Assembly (NCBI GenBank): GCA_965644265.1
Contig: OZ286468.1
Location: 20,584,001-20,648,000 of the forward strand
Length of the DNA: 64,000 nucleotides
Source: Glycera tridactyla
Lineage: Eukaryota
Direction: 5' to 3'
Shown: positions 11,301 through 22,627 of the stretch, piece by piece
How the letters are laid out: each line of letters starts with the position of its first letter
Numbering within the stretch: the first letter of the stretch is position 1
Made by a program: the position numbers and the translations under genes
Notes under the pieces: generated by a model
What the model saw: only the letters and a program-made list of their open reading frames with translations
Databases searched by the model: none
What the model was told of the DNA's origin: nothing

Positions 11301-14300
11301 TTGGACAGATGTTTGAGCCAACGTGGATCCCTACACAAGCGTTTGCGAGCCTGGGACAGTCCTCTCAGTGGAGCACGAATACGGATAGAAGAGGTTTATC
11401 ATCGTTCTACCATGACTAATTCACATTGAAATTCATTGGGGCTGGGCACAATCACTTGATGCTGATTCGCTAGTTGAGCATGGACGTTATGTGTCTGGTG
11501 CTCACTTTTTTATGGTGAGAGTTACTGAAGCACGCTGCCCGGGGTCTTCTTACCTGAGTGATCATAAAATGAGAACTTGCCCTAACCCACCCTAACCAGG
11601 TATGCATGTGGATGAATGTTAATGTATGTGTTCATTTGGTTTCTGTTATGGATGCAATATGAAAGAGAATGAAAGTCCTGTGTGCCGGCTCATTTTCCAA
11701 GAGTATGTGAGAGTGGGTAAGTGTGACATGGTATCACTGCTACTTATTCCCATTCTCGTTTGATATTGCTCCGACCCCTAACTGCATGAGAAAGCCTGTC
11801 ATAGCTAACTGCATATTTATATATATTCGTATATATTCTCCCGCGAGTTTGAATCAAGTTCAGTGGATATGAAGTTGAATTGAATTCCCAGACTAGTATT
11901 GATGTTGAGGTACATACATTTTCTTGCATGAATAGGAGAAATTCAATACTGCAGTGGCTTAGTGGGTCACCGGTATTGTATTCATGTCAGAGGGGTTAGA
12001 CATTATGACAAATAACATCCCTGAAACCTGGTACATATCGCCACAGAATGACCGCTTGGCTGCCCAGCACACATTAAAGTATAATAACAATTCTCCCATC
12101 CAATAGTTTTCAGCAAATTCGTACTTCACCAACTTAGTTGAATGATGCAGCACATCAATTCAGTTGATGATTCGTGAAAGGCTTGATTACTTCTCAATAT
12201 TTCCTCCATCTTTTCTTTTCCCGAAAGTTCATCTGTGCATTCTGTCATGGATACTCGACATTATGTGGGTAGGTATGAAATTGGGCCNNNNNNNNNNNNN
12301 NNNNNNNNNNNNNNNNNNNNNNNNNNNNNNNNNNNNNNNNNNNNNNNNNNNNNNNNNNNNNNNNNNNNNNNNNNNNNNNNNNNNNNNNNNNNNNNNNNNN
12401 NNNNNNNNNNNNNNNNNNNNNNNNNNNNNNNNTTTGGCTATGCGATTTTTCATCGACCAGAAAGAGTATACCCCTGGGCTATCCGAGACAGCTGGGATAC
12501 GAATGTTGGTTAACAATCAGACCTACACACCCTTTCCAAAGCAGGATGGCATCAGCGTGGCTCCAGGCGCAGCCACCTTCCTCTCCCTCAAACGGGTTTG
12601 TCTTCACCAATCATCTTTTTGTATATAAATAAAGTAGAGCCTGTATCAAGCAACCACCCCAGCTGAATGTGAAGTGATTGCTTGATACAGGTGGTTGCTT
12701 GATACAGCTAAATCATATTGAAAAATAATCCAGCTGGATATGGGGAAGTTATTGCTCAAGACAGGTGGTATTGAACACAGTGGTTGCTTAATACAGCTTC
12801 TACTGTATGTCAGTGCTGAATCACATCACATGATTCAATTGACCTACCAATGTGAATCATCTATATTCGAGATGGAACACTAGTCAGTCCTCCCTCTTTG
12901 ATAACGAGCACTGTGACGTCATAATTTACATTCAGGCGATTTGATGACGTCATTACAATCGGTATTGATCTAATCTGATCACCTTCAAATGTCATATAAT
13001 CCGGTTTGGGCTGAAGAGAACAAATCAATCAATCATCCATTCAATCAAGCCTCCTCAGAGCAGACAGTCCCTTGTTTGGTCTTTCGGCATATAAAACGTC
13101 GTGTGGATAACTACATGGCTGTATTGAGACGCCAATTGAAGACCGTCTGGCTGCGGTGTCTTCATATGGAATTGAACCTGATCTTCCGGTCTTATAGTAG
13201 CAGTGCAAATAAACAACTCAAAGTTGCTATCAGCCATCTGGTGATGCTACCTGTCGTTGTTGATGTGTTGCTAATCCTGTCACCTCATTAACTGGATGTG
13301 CTAGAAAATCAACTTTCAACCCCACCAACCAGCCTACTAGGTCAATTTGATGAAAGCTACCTGCCGATGGCGCGATTGCATCCCTTCGTCAGGCTGCAAT
13401 ACATCATGTCATTTATAAAGCCAGCAGTAAGGGTCTCATGACAGACATTGGCCTCATATTGCTGCGCATCCATCCAAGGTTTACTGCCAACATAAGATGC
13501 CGACACACGTCCTCTCTTGCCACTTGTGAATGTACAGTTAAAACATTCATTCTGTGCCAGTATGGTCTCAATACAGACCTGTTCTCTCTCTAACAGATGG
13601 AGTATGAACGAGCCTCATCCCCGTATGGCGATTGTGTGGATGGCACCACACTTGGATCTGAGCTGGGAGAGACGAACATGTGGCATCGAATGCACCCTCA
13701 CCTGGGATACACCACAGATGTAGGTTCGATAAGATAAGAGATATTGTCTATCTTTGTATATTCACCTTGAGATTAGATATTGAAAGGACGTTGATCAAAA
13801 TTGATCAATCAATCACCTTGAAATTCACGTTTGATATGATAGTAGATGTTGTCTATTTATGTAGTATTCACCACGAGATGCAGGATTGCTAGGATGTGAA
13901 ATGTTGTCTTTCTGTGTAGTAGTCACCTTGGAATTCTGATTTAATCACACAAAGATGTTGTCCATCTGTGTGGAATTCACTTTGGGATTCAGGGATTCAG
14001 GTTTGATGAGATGAGAGATATTGTCTATCTGTGTATATCCAGCTTGAGATTTGGTATTGAAAGGACGTTAATCAAAATCGATCAATCAATCACCTTGAGA
14101 TTCAAGTTTGATAAAATAAGAGATGTTGTCTATCTGTGTAGTATCCACCCAAATATGTGGGTTTGATTAGATAAGAGATTTTCTTCTATCTGTGTTGTAT
14201 CCACCTTGGGATTTAGGTTCGATCGGACAAGTGATGTGGTGCATTTCTGTAGTATTCACTTTGAGATTTAAAGATTCAGGGTTGATAAGATGAGCGATGT

Positions 14301-17300
14301 TATCTATCTGTCTAGTGTTTTCCCTGGAATCTGAGTTTGATAGGATGAGAGATATTGTGTATCTGTGTGGTATCCACCTTGAGATTTAGGTTTGATGAGA
14401 TGAGAGATGTTGTCTATCTGTGTAGTACTTATTATGATATTTAGGTTTGATTGGATAAGAGATATCGTCTATCTGTGTAGTATTGACCTTGGGTTTTAAG
14501 TTTAACAACAAGTTTGGTACTCTGCTACGTACCTGAAATGATCCATCTTTATGATGACGAGTCCCTCATCAAAAATATTCTCAATGGCTGCTTGGACATA
14601 TTCTGAGAAAGCAGGTAGAGAAGACGGATGAGCAAGGCATGAAGTAGAACGACTACAAAGAAGTGAAGCATCAAAATAGGAGATTGAGTAAAAGCAGAAG
14701 AATAGAGTGGGGAAAAGGAAGGGCAGCAGCAATAATGTATGCAACGATGCATTGATCATGTTCATGTTTGTTTCTCATTTGAGGCATGCAAGCGGACCTG
14801 TTATCAAATAAAAGTGAATAACCAATGTAAGTGTCATGACAGTGAATATCCTCCGCACCATACAGATTCATCAGGAAGAGTCCTGGGAGCATGCATCAGT
14901 GAGGAACAGGGTGAGTCTTGGCAATTGGAACATAGTTAACCTCACATACACCGACCTCAAACAGTGGAGGTTGAACTCTACAGTTTTCCCAATCATCACC
15001 ATACAAATAGCGTCTTGGGTTTCTCCACCCATAGGAATCTGATCATAAGAACACAATCATCACATTCATCTAATCTACCTTGGATGGGATCTGAATAACC
15101 GATTCACAACATGAGCATCATGGTAACTAACTATGAAAATCGGATATCAAATACCATTCACCAACCCTGAAATTTGAATGTTGTACACCTTGAACATCAC
15201 AGTCACCAACCATCGAAATATGAGGTGGAGAAACTATGGACATAGCATGCATCAACCATAGAAATTAGATCTCGAACCCAATGTAAATCACATTCACAAG
15301 CCTTGAATTGGATCTCAAACAGCATGATCATCACATGCAATAATATTATGAAAATATTCTGATCTGGAATACTATTTACATCAAATTCACCAACAATACG
15401 GATGGGATCCACAAAACATGGACATTCCATCCATTATTCATAGAAATAAGATCTGGAATACTATGTACATCACATTCACAAGCCATAGACATAGGATGTT
15501 GATCATCATGAAAATCATATTCACTACCAACAGGGATAGAATGTAGAGATTCATGCACAGCACATTCGAAAGCCATAGACATAGGATCTGGAACACTATG
15601 TACATCATATTCACAAGCCATGGACACAGGATCTAAGATAACATCACATCACATTCACAAGCAATAGACCTAGGATCCCGAATTCTATGTACATCACATT
15701 CACAAGCCATAGACATAGGATCTGGAACACTATGTACATCACATTCACAAGCCATGGACAATGGATCTAGGATTCCATTACATCACATTCACAAGCAATA
15801 GACCTAGATCTCAAATTCTATGTACATCACATTCACAAGCCGTAGAAATCGAATCTTGACCATCATCAATATCACATTCACCATCTCGAGAAATTAGATT
15901 TTAAACATCATGAATATCATATTCATCTACAAAATATATATGATCCACAACACACTGTCAATCACACTCACCAGCCATGGAAATATGATCTGGGCCACTA
16001 TGTACATCACATTTACCCTCAATAGGGGTTGGAACCATAACATCATGGACAAAATAATGATAAACCACAGAAATAGGATCTGGTAACCTAGGTACATCAC
16101 ATGAACCAACTCGGGATATCATGATATACCACATACACCTATCAGAGAAATATCACCACACTCATGACCATATTGATTAAATATATTCTATCATAGAGTA
16201 CCATGAACAAAGGCCTGAGTGTTAGTGTGAGGATCTCGCTTGGATCTGAAAACAATGTAGTGTGTCCAGTATATATCTGCATATATTTGCACTCAAAGAA
16301 GATCAGACCTCTGGTTTGAAGATAGATATGAGAGCAGCACTGGTGAGATCATAATCCTTCAACAAACACATATGAATTGAGATCTGACCACCAAAACAGC
16401 AAACAGTCATACACATATATCTAACAGTGGCCATATACCCACTCACACCAAATTCTATGTTTCTCAAAGCGTATCAAAAAATGTTACTCGCCATAGTAAA
16501 TCATTCCCAAAATTGTGATAAAAGTCATTGCCTTCAAATTGTTCAATCAATAGTGTAGATCTCAAAATGGAGAAATTATACTACACAGGGCAAGCAATCG
16601 AGTGCGAGTTTCATCGAATCGTAACACAATATTTTCGTGATCATTGATTTATCATATCATGTATGCTTTCAGAATCGTGCATGAATGATGTCTTCGACCA
16701 ATATGCTAACAAGTCACTCAAGTGCCCCATCGCATGTAACAAGTTGTGCAAGTGAGTAGATTGTTCTGATCGTCGAGTTTTCAATGCATCCAAACTGGGA
16801 CCCAATGATGTCCTCTACCATGAACATAACTTTACTTCGAGGTTTCGGCCAAATCTTCGGTCGAAATCATCAGATTGTGTCATTTTCCTCGCAATTACAT
16901 GTTATTTGAATGTTTGAGTCTTCTTGATAATGATTCGATGGATTTAGGAAACTACTCTTTTCACTCAATACTATCTCTAAATCAATAAATCAGGTGTCAA
17001 TCTGGGTGAAAAGAGCACACGAAACAGGACGTCGGATTTCTATCTAATCCATTGAGATGACTTCTGAATTGAACGATGGGTCTCCAACATTCGATGCGAA
17101 GTTGCGGAATTTGTTCATTTGATGCTCCACACATGCTTAGAGCAGTTCCCTCACATTCAATTAATATGATGCAAGAGAGGTTTCGAATAAATGATAATAT
17201 AGAAAGTGATATTCAGATATTGTAACTCCTAAGCGAGTAAAGGTAAAACAGTATTTGCTGTCATATAAAGACCAAATTGTATATTGTGAATGATGACAAT

Positions 17301-19768
17301 ACACTTTCAAACAATTGCTATGCATTTTTGGGGCTGTGAAGATCATGAAATGGAATGGATATTCGCTCGGTGAAGATGAGACATCAATAGAGTACGTTTG
17401 CTATTATATCACACATATTCTCTATGATCTTTTCAGGGAGGTGAATTACAACCAGGGAACTTCAGCAGGTCATTGGCCATCCGAAACAGCTCTGGTGAGT
17501 GTACATGTGACCTAACTAGCAAATTAATGTCAATAATGATAATGATGATAATAATACATAGTGATAATGATGATGATGACAATAATAATAATAGTAATCA
17601 TAATCATAATGACAATAGTAATGATAATGATGATAATGATGATAATAGTAATAATGATAATAATAATGTAGAGTCTGGAAGGGAGTCATTCCATTCTTTC
17701 CCAGGATAGGGCTGGTGGTGACTCTGTCAGAATTGCTGATAACATCCAAGCCTATGAGGTTGTTGCTATTAGGGAGAAGGAGCGCCGTTTCAAAGTCATT
17801 GAGTTTGAGTTCAAGGGTAATTACTGCAGAGGATTGTGTGAGAGGGTCATGAGCATGAAAATATGTTCCGATTTTCCCCTGTATTATGTCATTTAGAGGG
17901 AGGTTATGAATCATGAAGTGAGGGCTGGATCCTGGAGAGTCACCTCAGCTAATTCCCCCAGCTCCATCCCAAGAATATAAGATATAAGGTTGTATATCAT
18001 GCCCTGTTTTATGACTCAGATCGAAGAGATAAGTCTTCTGGAACAGAAATCGAACCGCTTCGTCAGCAGTGTTTCAAATATGAGTTCCATCGAAAAGGCC
18101 AGATATCTCAGGTGAGCATTCCTAATCCGTGGGATTGAGCGGGGACACTTACTGCCGCTCGCAGTAAAGATGATGTGGGCACTCTGTGATACATTCTCAC
18201 ACGGCAATACTGATTTCTCTCATCTCTTCTTCACAATCAGATAATTATAGCTATCCTCTCAAGATGAGTGATTATGTTGTTCTTCAAACTCTCATGTTCT
18301 CTACCCCTCGACCGCAGACAAAAAAAAAACATTCGAAAAAGTGGGGTTTCGCGTTGGAGGTTCGACGCTAAAAGTGATGTGAATCACCACCTGAGACCAT
18401 CAATAACTGCAGACATTTCCTGCCTATTATCATGATGAAATCACACTTAGCCCTCCGTAATGCATGTGATTCAAACTGCCGTTAGGGACCCAAGGCATAG
18501 GGTCTCACCCATGCCCATTGCATAGACAATACAAAGGGGATACATATAGCTGTCATGAAGTTCATTCGACTTCAGTCCAACGAACAATAGAATCAACTGT
18601 CAGAATAACTCCAACTTATTCAAATTTACAAAAACATACTTGAATCTATCATAATCGATAACTTGAGTTTCAGGTGTGAGGAGTAGGGTCACACCCATGC
18701 TCATTGCATGGATAATACAATGGGTCTGTAAATGGCTGCCATGACATTGATCCGACTATAGTCAAACGAACGAACAATCTTATCACACGCAATAATTACT
18801 ACACGTCATTCATATTTACAGAGACATACTTGAAGTATGACATCCATTGTGACGTCATCATGCATCATTCAAGTACACACTGATTCACTAGTTTTTGGAG
18901 AAAACCAGGGTAGGGCCGCACTTCTTTAATTTTGAAAACTGCTCTTGGACATTCAGCGAGGGAATGATGATGATATCAATAGTTCTGTGCATTCAACTGC
19001 TCCTGTTTTAAAAAATAGTGTCTCTCAATGTAACATTCTCTGGCCGTTGAAGTGATAAATATATTGCTGATTACTTCTTCAGAGAGAATACAGTGAAGAT
19101 CCACATCTACTTTCGGACCCTGTCTTATGAGACAATCAAGACCGAGGCGGCGTACTCTGTAAGTATCCAACCCTCCTCCTTACCCTCACTCGCATCTATC
19201 TCTACCCCCCCCCCCTCCACCCCTCTGCTGCTGGTGCTGCTTCTGCTCTTGCTCCCCCACCCCCTTCCCTATCATCATCGCAGTGGGCTTCAGTCTGCCA
19301 CCACCCTCTCTCTACTCTGCCTCTGTCTATTCCCCCTCCTCCTCATCAATATCATCGTAACCTTGATGTTCGTCGTGTCACTATGATCATCTTCATCATC
19401 ATAGTTATGATCGTCGTCGTCATCGTCATCGTCATCGTCTTCGTCTTCGTCTTCGTCTTCGTCATTGTCTTGATAGTCGTCATCATTCTTTCTGAAGTTA
19501 TAACCTTTTGGTCGCCTTGGTTTACTTTGCTGTCTTTGTCGTTCTCGTGAAGTGTCTTCTTCCAAGTTTCTCTCAGATTATTATGCAATTTTTGGCAACC
19601 CTTTTGTTTTAGTTTGTGGCTCTGCTATCAGACCAGGGTGGTCAGTTGGGCCTCTGGATTGGTCTGTCTCTCATCAGCCTGTTTGAGATCGTCGAGCTGG
19701 CCTTTGACCTGCTGCAGTACTACTACAACCTCCTACTGCAGACAGACAAAACCACCAGGAGAACATAA
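8243..19768 (+). CDS. DEG/ENaC (amiloride-sensitive sodium channel) family gene, 12 identified coding exons, about 495 aa plus an upstream N-terminal exon
   Basis: Exons join with GT-AG sites (one acceptor lies in a gap) and consistent phases; summed length 1490 nt = 2 + 496 codons including the stop. Family motifs appear in order: pre-M1 THG, M1, FPAVTFCN, GH..ED..C.F...C, GNCFIFNSG, GP..GL, PYGDC, Cys-rich thumb, WPS, and M2 GGQLGLWIGLS...E..E. Confidence 0.95.
9054..9238 (+). CDS. DEG/ENaC exon: end of M1 and post-M1 motif
   Basis: Reads MCLAMVTSNFLQYISHPVKTTITISDDHWLPFPAVTFCNHNPARYS...; GTAGGT donor. Confidence 0.95.
10059..10228 (+). CDS. DEG/ENaC exon: finger/beta-ball
   Basis: Reads DNESPIGADRNSTEISTSNIYKRFYETLNISERMAIGHTLEDTLYVCTFNQIACNI; phase 0 to 2. 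Confidence 0.9.
10992..11098 (+). CDS. DEG/ENaC exon
   Basis: Reads DIITILDRGFGNCFIFNSGANGLPILGTKKSGPDF; GTGAGT donor; phase 2 to 1. Confidence 0.95.
12288..12432. other. Assembly gap (N)
   Basis: N run. Confidence 1.
12433..12595 (+). CDS. DEG/ENaC exon (acceptor and first base lie in the N gap)
   Basis: Reads LAMRFFIDQKEYTPGLSETAGIRMLVNNQTYTPFPKQDGISVAPGAATFLSLKR; the phase implies a true start at 12432. Confidence 0.9.
12632..12805. mobile_element. Tc1/mariner-type MITE, about 174 bp
   Basis: TA flanks; TIR (c>a)agtagagcctgtatcaagcaacca versus tggttgcttaatacagcttctactg. Confidence 0.75.
13597..13719 (+). CDS. DEG/ENaC exon
   Basis: Reads MEYERASSPYGDCVDGTTLGSELGETNMWHRMHPHLGYTTD; ctctctaacag acceptor, GTAGGT donor. 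Confidence 0.9.
13720..14510. repeat. Intronic minisatellite, unit about 55-60 bp
   Basis: Recurrent gagatattgtctatctgtgtagtattcaccttgagatttagg variants. Confidence 0.85.
14784..14910 (+). CDS. DEG/ENaC exon: Cys-rich thumb
   Basis: Reads ACKRTCYQIKVNNQCKCHDSEYPPHHTDSSGRVLGACISEEQ; GTGAGT donor. Confidence 0.93.
15430..16130. repeat. Intronic minisatellite, 45-bp unit
   Basis: tgtacatcacattcacaagcc at 15688 and 15733, variant copy at 15778. Confidence 0.85.
16673..16751 (+). CDS. DEG/ENaC exon: thumb
   Basis: Reads SCMNDVFDQYANKSLKCPIACNKLC; phase 1 to 2; GTGAGT donor. Confidence 0.9.
17437..17494 (+). CDS. DEG/ENaC exon: WPS motif
   Basis: Reads EVNYNQGTSAGHWPSETAL; GTGAGT donor. Confidence 0.9.
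17530..17670. repeat. (AAT/GAT)n microsatellite
   Basis: Direct inspection. Confidence 0.9.
18020..18111 (+). CDS. DEG/ENaC exon: knuckle
   Basis: Reads IEEISLLEQKSNRFVSSVSNMSSIEKARYL; phase 0 to 2 bridges the neighbouring exons; GTGAGC donor. Confidence 0.85.
19083..19158 (+). CDS. DEG/ENaC exon: pre-M2
   Basis: Reads ENTVKIHIYFRTLSYETIKTEAAYS; GTAAGT donor. Confidence 0.92.
19613..19768 (+). CDS. DEG/ENaC terminal exon: M2 and short C-tail
   Basis: Reads FVALLSDQGGQLGLWIGLSLISLFEIVELAFDLLQYYYNLLLQTDKTTRRT*. Confidence 0.93.
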   Translation, partial: FVALLSDQGGQLGLWIGLSLISLFEIVELAFDLLQYYYNLLLQTDKTTRRT

Positions 19769-20965
19769 CAACGTTCAGAATGTGGTAGACTGCCCGGGAG
19801 GGTCGTCATCATTATCGACGACTTCACCTCTTACCAGCCATCATTCTGAGTGTTGAAGTCATTTGAGAGTCGGTTATCTAACCCCTGGACTTGCATGAAG
19901 ATGATCCAGTATTTGAGCCTTCTATTTAGCTATAAACTACTCAAGATATGTACACGAAAGCTCAAGATTGTTCGAATTTTACCATGTAGATGTGTTGTTT
20001 TAGCCATCTACAGCCCGAAGGTCATGAAGACAAACTTACCACCTCACGCCACCCCCTCCCACCAGACCATCGCATTTCTCAAATATTTATTACAGTGAAA
20101 CCCCACTTAGTAATGGACTGTATTATCAATAATCGTGCTTAATAGCCTTATGGGTCAGGGAGAGTGAGCATGGGTCAGGTCGAGGGGGAGCTCTCCAGCT
20201 GTCCCTTACGATGGCAGTGAGTGATATATGTGGGACCAAGCATGACGTCGATAGTCCAGTGACATGCTGGAGCAAAACTTCAAGCTAGGGAGTAAGTACC
20301 AATGACTGACTAGGTAAGAGGGGACCATTCATTAACCAATGGAAAAAGAATATGTTTGGGTATCCGGAGCTGTAGAATAGAGAATGGTGGAAAGGCTGAA
20401 ACTCATTGAAAAGCCATGACTGAAAAGTCTTGATTCGGGACCTAGAATATATGATGTCTGTGAATCTCACCATCCCTCAACACAGCTCTGGACCATTGTC
20501 TGTTACTCGCCATGTTGATGTACGATTGAAGGATCTTCAAGCCAGGAATCTTCGCTTCAGTGCTATATCGAGACACCCAGTGAATATAGAAACACCTTTC
20601 TGACACATGCATGCATCAAATCAATCAATATCCACTATGTGTGTGGGGGAGGGGGGGGGTGTAACTTGTAATGAAATATTGTCACTGTATAGTCAAGTCC
20701 AAAGACAGCTGCTAATATATTAATGCCTATATGATTTTCCTCTCACGGTGATGAGCAGTTTCCCAGTTTTCAGCGCTGATCCGACAATTATCCATTTTCG
20801 GTGCTATAAAAAACAATCTTCCATCATCAACAGAGTCCGCCCTTACATTCACTTTTATCTCTGCTATCATAGCTTTCAAATCCTTCGGCGTATCAAAAGT
20901 CGTCCATGTGCAAGAGGGTCTACTCCTATATGCACCTAGAAGGACTAAATAACAGGGGCTTGTTC

Positions 20966-21095
20966 NNNNNNNNNNNNNNNNNNNNNNNNNNNNNNNNNNN
21001 NNNNNNNNNNNNNNNNNNNNNNNNNNNNNNNNNNNNNNNNNNNNNNNNNNNNNNNNNNNNNNNNNNNNNNNNNNNNNNNNNNNNNNNNNNNNNNN
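20966..21095. other. Assembly gap (N)
   Basis: N run. Confidence 1.
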
Positions 21096-22389
21096 TGATA
21101 TGCACCTGATGGCACTTTCAGCTAGCTCGGAATAAAGATTCAGTTCATATGCTGCAACACAGGTGACAAGACCTAAAATCAGACAGTACTAATGCTTCTT
21201 CACCAGCGATACTCAAACGACCATGTCCAAATAATTCTCACTTATAATGTCACTGCTCCCGTGGCCATTGCATCAATTTAAACTTGATTGACAGAGATAT
21301 ACCTTCATTGGACTCGCTCATCTGCTCATGCTTGAGATTTACCTCCCTAGTGGCTCTGGATGTTGCCTTTGCCTTAGCAGTGAATATCACCTATTTGCCC
21401 TACATGGTCGCGCATGGAGTTCGTATATCGACTGCCATCATGTAGACCCTCTTCCTCTACGGCTATAATTGCATTGATTGCTACATACTGATGCATATAA
21501 TGGTGGTGGAAGTGATGATTGTGGTGGTGGTGATGGTGGCAATGATAATGGGGACGAGGAGGGAGGTGGATAGAACACCCTAGAAGGTATTCCTATATTT
21601 TCAATGTCAAATTGGTCAACTTCTATCCACAGAACCATTATTCGAGAAGAAATTCAAGATGTCTGCATACTTCCTCGCTATGGTAGTATATTTTTCATAC
21701 CTACTGAGAATACATAGCATAGTATATATTGCATGTATAGCATAGTATCAACTGCTAGTTTAATTAGATAATTAGGTCTGGACTCAGGGATACCTACAGC
21801 AACCCATGGATGATCACCAAATCGGCCTGCTTACTCATGTCAAAAGAACTGCCACATAGACATATGAATACATGTTCATATTCGAAATGCTGAATGGATT
21901 TGATTCCACATAGTCACCAGGGCCAAAGAGCTCTAATTGTGATTTCCCGATAGCCGCTGAGACGACGACAACAACGACAGATATGATGCAGGAGTTGTGG
22001 GGTGGCAATTTCAAAGACATTGATGAAGGTTGATCGATAGACGACTGATTGTGACGAGTTTACTGTATGACAATAATTTGCATTAATGAAAAGTATTATC
22101 GGCTTGCGAACAAAACACCCCGTCTGAAAAGTTCATACCAACGAGGATAGCGACTGTAGTATGAAGCGATGGTGATGATAGTGATGATATATGGTTGGTG
22201 ATGGTAGTGATGATATATGGTTGGTGATGATAGTGATGATATATGGTTGGTGATGATAGTGATGATATATGGTTGGTGATGGTAGTGATGACAGTGATGA
22301 TGTGTTCAGGCGGTGTTTTTGATCTTACTTTACAGGACCGGATATGTGGTGTGTCGAAGGGTATACAAATGCTAGTACATGTGACGTGT

Positions 22390-22627
22390 GTCAGGGTCTT
22401 ATATGGGTAGTAAACCTTAACTGGAAGCACTTCCCACATAAGACCACTACCCACATAAGACCCTGACAGTCAGGGTCTTATATGGGTAGTAATTCTTATC
22501 TGGAAGCGCTCCCCACACTAGCATCGCTACCCACATAAGACCCTGACTGTCAGGGTCTTATGTGGGTAGTGGCCTTATGTGGGCAGTGCTTCCAGTTAAG
22601 GTTTACTACCCATATAAGACCCTGACA
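22390..22627. repeat. Three 79-bp self-complementary units, the third inverted (compound palindrome)
   Basis: Each unit is bounded by gtcagggtcttat(a/g)tgggtag ... ctaccca(c/t)ataagaccctgac; unit 3 is the reverse complement of unit 1. Confidence 0.9.

Noticed and set aside
19290-19588. Acidic Asp/Glu-rich ORFs
   Set aside because: Translation of intronic TCG/TCA microsatellites.
21835-21837. TGA as selenocysteine in the minus-strand gene
   Set aside because: No SECIS element recognised, and the same model also needs a frameshift, so decay or error is simpler.
22329-22371. Additional exon of the minus-strand gene
   Set aside because: It has good splice sites, but the required phase contains TAA and the model joins without it.
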